From: a virus | IMG/VR virus record: IMGVR_UViG_3300043331_001676 | Location: 15,024 to 79,023 of that record | Strand: one strand, 5' to 3' | Length of the DNA stretch: 64,000 nt | In this document: in pieces, positions 57,769 to 64,000 of the stretch | Layout of the letters: every line of letters begins with the position of its first letter | Numbering within the stretch: position 1 is the first letter of the stretch | Notes under the pieces: generated by a model | Databases searched by the model: none | Seen by the model: only the letters and a program-made list of their open reading frames with translations | Told to the model about the DNA's origin: nothing | Position numbers and translations under genes: made by a program

Positions 57769-58583
57769 TGTCGGTTTTGCCTCGCTTCGTTACATTCAGC
57801 ACAGACATAATTCTGATCTCGAAAGTTGGCGATATATTCGCCATTAAAGCCGTAGATATAGCACCATGCGCCGTTGTGAAGCCCGGAGCCGTGAAATACA
57901 GTGACCGGGTTTTTGTGACAAAACTCACATCTGTGCGAGATGGCCGCTACTAATCTACCTGTCGGCAACTTCATCAGTGGGTAAGCGCGGTTATTGTGGT
58001 AGACCAGCTTTTTGCCGACAAAGGAATCGGGGTCGTAGCCATCGTCAAGTAGATCATCAATCTCCTCGACATCCACTCTTGAACCCTCAAAACTTTTAGG
58101 CTCACAAAAGTTGATGATTTCTTTCAGGTCAGGCTTTTTGGTCTCGGCCTCGGCTATCTGCTTATTACCCTCGCAATACTCGCAGACCCCGGATTCCCAA
58201 CAGTACAGGCAGGTGTCATGCCCACAATCACCAGGGCAGGGGAAATATTCATCCTCGATCACAGCGCGATGACATCTTGGGCACTCCAATCGGCCATGCT
58301 TTTCGAGATTCTTACGCTTGACCCTCGTTCCCCTCGGCATCCAAAGCCACTCATCGAGCCATGCTTCCTTTTGCCGCTGGTGAGCCAGGAGACAGTCGGC
58401 GCATTCGTAGGCCACAATGGGCGTATACTCTCCGCACTCCGGGCATCTCTCCAGGTGGACGAAGGCACCACTTTGAGCATCCCTGACACCATGCCTTGTT
58501 TCCATCTCTGGGTGTTGGCAAACCGGGCAAGGTCCAACGGTAAGAATAGAGACTTTGGCTACAATTCTAGTCTGGTCTGCCAT
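57765..58583 (-). CDS. Cys-rich multi-zinc-finger protein
   Basis: Many CxxC pairs. Confidence 0.7.
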   Translation of the reverse strand: MADQTRIVAKVSILTVGPCPVCQHPEMETRHGVRDAQSGAFVHLERCPECGEYTPIVAYECADCLLAHQRQKEAWLDEWLWMPRGTRVKRKNLEKHGRLECPRCHRAVIEDEYFPCPGDCGHDTCLYCWESGVCEYCEGNKQIAEAETKKPDLKEIINFCEPKSFEGSRVDVEEIDDLLDDGYDPDSFVGKKLVYHNNRAYPLMKLPTGRLVAAISHRCEFCHKNPVTVFHGSGLHNGAWCYIYGFNGEYIANFRDQNYVCAECNEARQNRQ

Positions 58584-58585
58584 AT

Positions 58586-58888
58586 CTAATAATCCTCTCT
58601 GTATTGGCTAACGGCCTTCAGCGGCTCCGGCTTGATCCTGAGCAGGGTCATCTTGACCACGTCCTCAGTGCAGGGCGTCACGCACCAGATGGCTGCCGAG
58701 CCGTAGATTTTACTGAACGGCTCCGGCACCGCCGTGCCCACCTTCGGCACGTCCACGCGCCAGAACAGCGCCCCCCCCACTTGATAGGTCTCGACCCGGC
58801 CGGCGATGAGTGCCCGGCCCGTCAGCTCGACCACGGCCCAGCCCTTGAACTTGAATTCAACATCTTGAACTTCAGTGAGATTATCCAT
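58586..58888 (-). CDS. Hypothetical phage protein
   Basis: WAVVEL.G...IAGRV, RVDVP, AIWCVTPCTE motif. Confidence 0.78.
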   Translation of the reverse strand: MDNLTEVQDVEFKFKGWAVVELTGRALIAGRVETYQVGGALFWRVDVPKVGTAVPEPFSKIYGSAAIWCVTPCTEDVVKMTLLRIKPEPLKAVSQYREDY

Positions 58889-58898
58889 AATCCTCCCT

Positions 58899-58930
58899 TA
58901 CTACCTACTACCTACTACCTACTACCTACC
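58899..58930 (-). repeat. (GGTAGTA)n heptamer array
   Basis: TACTACC repeated about 4.5 times right after the MoxR stop. Confidence 0.9.
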
Positions 58931-58931
58931 C

Positions 58932-60203
58932 TCACCAATCCAGCACTTCTTTCCAGATTTGATCGGCCTGGCTGACCACCGCCTCAAGTCTGCCCTTATA
59001 GCCGTTCACCCCCTGGGCCAGCAGCTTCCCGGCCTCTTTGCTAAGCCTGCGACCCTTGGTGATCAGGTCCTGCCGGGCCACGGCATCATTTCGCCGCACC
59101 GTGCCCTTGGCCTGCTTGAGATCGGCCAGCAGGGCCTCCAGGTTCAGCACTTCGCCGGCCAGCGGGTCGCACTTGCTCATCACCAGGTTGGCGACGTTCT
59201 CGCGCTCATCGAGGTCGTTCCAGAGGGTCCAGCGGGCCACGCTTAGGTGGCGTGGCCCCGGGGTCTGTAGACCTTCGAGCAGGGCCGAGGCGCAGGCCAG
59301 CTTCAGGGTGCGCCGCCAGCGCCGGTCGGAGACCGCGCGGCCGTTCTGGCCCAACTCGCGCCACAGGTCGCGCAGGGCCTCTTTCAGATCGGCCGGCGGA
59401 TCCAGGGCCAGAAGTTCGCTCGCGGCGGCCAGCAGGCGCAGCTCGTCGGGGCTGGTAAGCTGGGGCGTCTGGACGCTGCCGGCGTCTGAGGTGAGCATTT
59501 GACCGAACAGGTCGGCGTCGTGGATGTAATTAACCTGGAGCCGGACCAGGAAGCGGTCCCAGTCGGCCTGCTGATTTTTCTCGGCGGAGACGTGGTTGCT
59601 GTCGGCGATGGCGGAGAGCAGGGGAATGGGCCGGATTACATCGCCGTCGTGGACAATGCGCCCTTCCAGGGCGGTCTTGAAGATATTGGTGACAGTTGAA
59701 GAAGCCTCCCAGACCTCGTTGATATAGAAGACATCGGCCAGGGCAATGCCTGACCAGCGGCGGGTATATTGGCCCTGGGAGAAGGCAATGGCGTCAATCG
59801 GGCCGAAGATCTCGTCGGTAGTGGTCTCGGCTGTGATTTGCCGCTCGCCAAAAGTTCCGCCGATGCCGGCAGTGATGGCCTCGATCAGGGCGGTCTTGGC
59901 CGTGCCGGGCGGGCCGTAGATAAAGCAGTGCTCGCCGGCGGCCAGAGCGGTCAGGGTGGCCTCGACCATCTCGGCCCGGTCCACGAATTGGGAATTAACC
60001 AGGTCGCCAAGTTGGCGCAGGTTGGCCGCGGTTTGAGTGAGGTCTACCAGTTCATTGATGTCGCCGAGGATTTGGGGCACGGCGTAGGCCCGGCCGGCCA
60101 GCAGCCGGCGACCACTCGGCGCCGGGTTGTTCCCGCCGCGAAGAGGCGCGGGGCCGGAGCCGTTGGGAAAAACAATGGTCTGGTTATTAAAGTGAGCGTG
60201 CAT
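58932..60203 (-). CDS. MoxR/RavA-family AAA+ ATPase
   Basis: GPPGTAKT, EIFGP, YINEVWEA, DRF, SDRRWR; start may be further downstream. Confidence 0.9.
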   Translation of the reverse strand: MHAHFNNQTIVFPNGSGPAPLRGGNNPAPSGRRLLAGRAYAVPQILGDINELVDLTQTAANLRQLGDLVNSQFVDRAEMVEATLTALAAGEHCFIYGPPGTAKTALIEAITAGIGGTFGERQITAETTTDEIFGPIDAIAFSQGQYTRRWSGIALADVFYINEVWEASSTVTNIFKTALEGRIVHDGDVIRPIPLLSAIADSNHVSAEKNQQADWDRFLVRLQVNYIHDADLFGQMLTSDAGSVQTPQLTSPDELRLLAAASELLALDPPADLKEALRDLWRELGQNGRAVSDRRWRRTLKLACASALLEGLQTPGPRHLSVARWTLWNDLDERENVANLVMSKCDPLAGEVLNLEALLADLKQAKGTVRRNDAVARQDLITKGRRLSKEAGKLLAQGVNGYKGRLEAVVSQADQIWKEVLDW

Positions 60204-60221
60204 AGATGGTGTTCCTTTCCG

Positions 60222-60500
60222 TTAGCGACGGTCAACTATATCTACATTACCCTTTTGCAGGGCGTGATAATCATCAATGTATTCACTGTCGTAGCAGTGG
60301 CCGATTGCGCCGTCCTTTTCGCGTTCAATTGAGGCGGTATATAAAAGCGTGCCATGTGGGGTGCGCTCAAACATTCCGAAGATAGCGTAGACGGATTGAG
60401 CCTTGTCAGGCATATATTTGAGGTCGCCTTCCGTTTCGATGGCGACATACTCGTAACCTTGGTCATCTGCTAGTTCATAAGTGACGATTTTGTGAGCCAT
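60222..60500 (-). CDS. Hypothetical protein
   Basis: AGGAG RBS before ATG 60500. Confidence 0.7.
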   Translation of the reverse strand: MAHKIVTYELADDQGYEYVAIETEGDLKYMPDKAQSVYAIFGMFERTPHGTLLYTASIEREKDGAIGHCYDSEYIDDYHALQKGNVDIVDRR

Positions 60501-60601
60501 TAGATACTCCTGTAAACTACTTCCATTAGATAATGGAATAACAGAATTATACAGGATAATCAGAGGAATTACAAGCCCCCAGAGCAACTTTTAAGGTTAA
60601 A

Positions 60602-61303
60602 TTATCTGAGCCTCATAAATTCGATGACCCACACCCAGGGATTAACAGACCAACCAAAATCGCGTTTGGCGTTGACGGTGTCCCATAAGGTTCTATAGCT
60701 ATCTACTTCCGAGAAGTGCTGGCCGGCTGTCACCCATTTTTTATACCGATAGTTATATCTGGCTGTCGTAAAACTTCGGCGCAAAAACGTACCACCAATC
60801 GAATAGACATCCTCTAACCCTTGATCGGCTATTCCTTCTGCTATGGCATCCTCAAGAGAAATGTCCTGCACCCGCTCAACCCGGATGCTCTTGATTTCCA
60901 CATCAAAGCGGCTGGCCCAGCGGGGCATGAACATTCCCGGTCGCCATTTGCCTCGGTGGTCAGAGTATTTTGCCGCGCCGGTCCAGGCTGCGTAGTAAAG
61001 CATACGCGGGCGATCAAATAGAGGGATGTCGGTGGGGCGCAGGTGGTCATATTCCTTGATTGTCGCCCAGGTTTCACGAATCCAGAGCCGGTCGCCGACC
61101 GCACCGTAGCGGCAATTCTCGATAAACCATTCCGGTTCATCTTCAGGACTCATGCACAGCATCCAGCTTGGGGTAATGACCCGCCGGGTCTGGCATTTGT
61201 AAGGCTTACTTGGGTCAATCGGCTCTGCCGGCCACACGCCCGGTTTGACATTTTCCAGGGCGTGGATCATATCGGTCATAAAGGGAAGTGGTCGCTCTTT
61301 CAT
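60602..61303 (-). CDS. ASCH/PUA-like phage protein
   Basis: QTRRV, GDRLWIRETW, WRPGMFMPRWASR, VERVQDIS, NPWVWVIEF. Confidence 0.85.
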   Translation of the reverse strand: MKERPLPFMTDMIHALENVKPGVWPAEPIDPSKPYKCQTRRVITPSWMLCMSPEDEPEWFIENCRYGAVGDRLWIRETWATIKEYDHLRPTDIPLFDRPRMLYYAAWTGAAKYSDHRGKWRPGMFMPRWASRFDVEIKSIRVERVQDISLEDAIAEGIADQGLEDVYSIGGTFLRRSFTTARYNYRYKKWVTAGQHFSEVDSYRTLWDTVNAKRDFGWSVNPWVWVIEFMRLR

Positions 61304-61638
61304 CTTTGCCTGCCTATCCGTTTAAGGGCTTTGGGATTCTCGATCACGTAAGGCACTGGCTGGCCTGTCATTAACAACTGCTTGGCCTGCTGATTATCTG
61401 CTAACTGGGGCGATTGGCCGGGTTGAAGGATATAGACCACAGGCGGCGCGCTCCGCCTCCTGAGCTTGAGGATGCAGCCGGTGACGGTCACGATGATAAG
61501 GCAGAGGCCCAGGCTGCCGGCCAGGATGATCCAGGGCAGCGATTGAGCAATGGCCGTGATCGCCAGGGCAGCGGCGAGGATAGCCGCGAAAGCCAATTGA
61601 GCGAGAAAAATAAACATGCTTTCCCTGAGGTCTTTCAT
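61300..61638 (-). CDS. Two-TM membrane protein
   Basis: Two hydrophobic helices; start re-called at 61638. Confidence 0.7.
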   Translation of the reverse strand: MKDLRESMFIFLAQLAFAAILAAALAITAIAQSLPWIILAGSLGLCLIIVTVTGCILKLRRRSAPPVVYILQPGQSPQLADNQQAKQLLMTGQPVPYVIENPKALKRIGRQR

Positions 61639-61643
61639 CTTTG

Positions 61644-62051
61644 CTACCCCTTTATCGTAAATTCTTCGAGCTGCGGCACGCTGGCCTCGCTCCACTGCCC
61701 ATCGAGCAGCATGGTCGGCGGGACCTCTGGCTGAGCGCCCGGCTTGGTGGCATAGATCACCCTGGCAAACTGGGCCAGAGCCTCGGTCTTCTGGACATCC
61801 CAGCGGTCATTGACCTGCTGGGCCTCCAGGACCGCCCTGGCCCCGGCGATCAGGTCCCGCTTGCCCTGCATAGCGCCGAGCATGTTCGCGGCCAGGATGT
61901 GGCAAAAATAGGTCGCCACCCACAGGCCAACGGCCACCTCGGACAGGCCGAAGATGAAAAAGGCCAGGCCACCCAGGGGCGGGGCCAGGACCAGGCCCAG
62001 GATCAATAGAGTAAACCACTTATCAATTTTCACGTTTCCTCCTGACATCAT
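61644..62051 (-). CDS. Membrane protein
   Basis: N-terminal hydrophobic helices. Confidence 0.7.
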   Translation of the reverse strand: MMSGGNVKIDKWFTLLILGLVLAPPLGGLAFFIFGLSEVAVGLWVATYFCHILAANMLGAMQGKRDLIAGARAVLEAQQVNDRWDVQKTEALAQFARVIYATKPGAQPEVPPTMLLDGQWSEASVPQLEEFTIKG

Positions 62052-62080
62052 ACCCCTTCGGGTTCGCCCCTTCGGGCACT

Positions 62081-63442
62081 CTAAGCTCGTTCCGAAGCGT
62101 CATAACCGGCTTTCAGCATTCCAAGATAGATTTTCTTGGCCACCTGCAAGTGGCGCTCCATCTTCTGCTGGTTCCACATCGGACTGAGCGCCTTGCCCAG
62201 GGTCGAGGCCGATCTGGGCTGCTCCCGGCGGTGGTAACAGGTGGCCAGGTAGCCAACCAGTTCGCCGATGCGCTCGTAATCGAATGGGTCCGAGCCGCGA
62301 CCAGGCTGGCGGCCAGAAGCGCCCGCCAGCTCGTGACCGAAGCTAAACTCCGGCACCATATCGGCGCGGGGCAGGGCCTCGATGTCCTGCGCTGTAATCA
62401 GCGGGCCGATGATCCGCTTGACCAACTGGTTGCTGGCCGGGTTGATGTAGAGCATGTCGCCCGACCCGGTCAGGGCCTCGGCCCCGGAGCCGGCCAGGCC
62501 GGTGGCGACCCTGGCCGCCGAGTCGTCGGCCACTTTACCGACCAGCCGGGTGGGGGCATAGGCGGCCAGGTCGCGGTTCTTTATATTTTCCTTGGTCGGA
62601 TTGTGCGCGACCAGGAGCGCGTGAATCCCCAGCGCTCGCCCACTCATTGTGATCCGGGCCAGAGGATCGGCCAGCCTGGGGTTCTGCTGCAACAGGTCAA
62701 TGATCTCGTCCACGATCAGGAAGATGTGTGGGCTGTCATAATCCTGCTCGCCTCGCCGGGCCATCTCAAGTAAGGTCCAGGCCAGGACCCGCTCGACCAT
62801 TTCCAGCTCGGTCACAACCGCGCAGGCCCGGTGGGCCAGCCGGTCGAGCTGCTTGAAATCCCGGCCCCGCTTGGTTGAGGCGTCAACAAAGATAAAACGC
62901 ACCTCGCGCGGGTCATTCTGGCGGGTCAGGGCGCGGATCAGGCAAAGCAGCTCGTTGGTTTTGCCGCTGCCCGGCACCCCGGCCACCAGGCCGTGTGGGG
63001 TGATAGGGTTGGCAAAATCGAGTGTTTCGACCTGGCCGGTGGCGCTGACCCCGACCGGGACGATCAAACCCTGGCCGGCCCGGTCCAGCAGACTGGCCGG
63101 AAGGTTCTCGATCCACAGCCCTTCGGGCTTGCCGATCTCCAGGGCCAGCGTTCCCTCCGGGCCATTTGCCACCCGGATCGGCAGGGCATCGTTCGCCCTG
63201 AGCGCCTGCCGGCAAGCCAGGGAAAAGGTGCCGACCGGGAGCTTTTCAAACTGCTTGATCGCCCGCTGCCGGATTTGCAGGTTGAGCAGGAGCGCCCGCG
63301 GCCCCTCGATGCGGCTGAGTATCCGATAATGCAGGCCGTGGCCCAGATTGAGCATGGCCAGTTGGACGATGATGACCTGGGTCACGGTTCTGGTAAAGGT
63401 TTGTTTGTCCATAGTTCCCGCCACCGGCCCTTCGACACTCAC
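62081..63442 (-). CDS. FtsK/SpoIIIE-family DNA translocase ATPase
   Basis: PHGLVAGVPGSGKT, LIVDEI, GRALGIH, GAEAL.G.GDML; start may be ATG 63412. Confidence 0.9.
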   Translation of the reverse strand: MSVEGPVAGTMDKQTFTRTVTQVIIVQLAMLNLGHGLHYRILSRIEGPRALLLNLQIRQRAIKQFEKLPVGTFSLACRQALRANDALPIRVANGPEGTLALEIGKPEGLWIENLPASLLDRAGQGLIVPVGVSATGQVETLDFANPITPHGLVAGVPGSGKTNELLCLIRALTRQNDPREVRFIFVDASTKRGRDFKQLDRLAHRACAVVTELEMVERVLAWTLLEMARRGEQDYDSPHIFLIVDEIIDLLQQNPRLADPLARITMSGRALGIHALLVAHNPTKENIKNRDLAAYAPTRLVGKVADDSAARVATGLAGSGAEALTGSGDMLYINPASNQLVKRIIGPLITAQDIEALPRADMVPEFSFGHELAGASGRQPGRGSDPFDYERIGELVGYLATCYHRREQPRSASTLGKALSPMWNQQKMERHLQVAKKIYLGMLKAGYDASERA

Positions 63443-63548
63443 TTCGGTCGCAGGACGCGGAATGGAATGAATTAAAAACGTGCGTTCAAAACTCTCGACT
63501 TGCGCTTGAAATTAGATAAATAATTTCATTCCATTCGGAATGAAATAG

Positions 63549-63752
63549 CTATGATATGGCCCAGGCCACCGATTTGAGGCCGATGGCCAGGACATCCAGG
63601 CCCATGCGCACGGCCCGGCACAATTCGCGCCAGTCCCGGCCCAGCTTGCCCAGGATGGCCTCGGTCGCGTACCTGCCGGTCAGGGCTTTACGCCGGCTCC
63701 GGGTTTCAAAGGAGATGTAGATAAAGACGCTCAGATTATTTTGCCTTTTCAC
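63549..63752 (-). CDS. Hypothetical protein
   Basis: GGAGGT RBS, overlap with upstream gene. Confidence 0.5.
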   Translation of the reverse strand: MKRQNNLSVFIYISFETRSRRKALTGRYATEAILGKLGRDWRELCRAVRMGLDVLAIGLKSVAWAIS

Positions 63753-63999
63753 CGTTTACCTCCCGATCAATGGCCACCAGTAGCTGCAAGCGGCGGTACT
63801 CCATCCTGAGCCGGGTATAGTCCTGCCACAACTCGGTCGTATTGGCCGGATCCGGGTCCAGGGCCGGCTGAAGCTGGCTTTTGTCCAGGGGTACGCTGGC
63901 GACCACCGGAAGCTGCGCTGCGGGTCGTTCGAGCAACTGCGGGCTGGATAAGTTCCGCAGTTGCCGCCGGCGTTCGGCCAGGGCCTGGCGGGCGCTCTC
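63736..63999 (-). CDS. Hypothetical protein (5' partial)
   Basis: Frame open to the window edge. Confidence 0.55.
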   Translation of the reverse strand, partial: ESARQALAERRRQLRNLSSPQLLERPAAQLPVVASVPLDKSQLQPALDPDPANTTELWQDYTRLRMEYRRLQLLVAIDREVNGEKAK

Positions 64000-64000
64000 T

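Larger units (their letters stand above)
1..64000. mobile_element. Tailed dsDNA phage/prophage (siphovirus-like), ends not in window
   Basis: Ordered terminase-portal-MuF-scaffold-capsid-neck-tail tube-chaperone-tape measure-tail tip module plus phage replication genes; no host housekeeping genes recognised. Confidence 0.95.

Noticed and set aside
1-64000. Integrase, att sites, tRNA genes, endolysin
   Set aside because: None recognisable by eye; they may lie outside the window, so lifestyle cannot be fixed

Overview
The whole 64 kb window reads as most of a tailed dsDNA (siphovirus-like) phage or prophage of about 60% GC. The host is probably Chloroflexota/Anaerolineae, inferred only from gene and repeat style. 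The + strand runs: DUF5131, DNA methyltransferase, replication initiator with internal iteron origin, DnaC-like loader, then a DNA-modification-rich block (DndC-like PP-loop enzyme, ParB, Cas4-like nuclease, SAM enzyme, two TGT/DpdA-fold proteins), a membrane-TadE pilin fusion, terminase, portal, MuF with a C-terminal HExxH protease domain, scaffold, decoration, capsid, a glycosyltransferase, neck/tail genes with a clear -1 frameshift chaperone, a methyltransferase, tape measure and tail tip/fibre genes. From about 50.2 kb the genes are on the - strand (HerA-like ATPase, MoxR+VWA, ASCH-like protein, FtsK plus membrane proteins), with two IS200/IS605 tnpB elements inserted. Non-coding signals include a 12-copy AAACG-NN-CGTTT operator-like motif at gene junctions, a symmetric dif-like site, nested REP-like elements inserted in frame in phage genes, heptamer repeats after stop codons and several candidate structured RNAs. 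No integrase, endolysin, CRISPR array, tRNA or reverse transcriptase was recognised. All family calls come from motif recognition by eye, not database searches.
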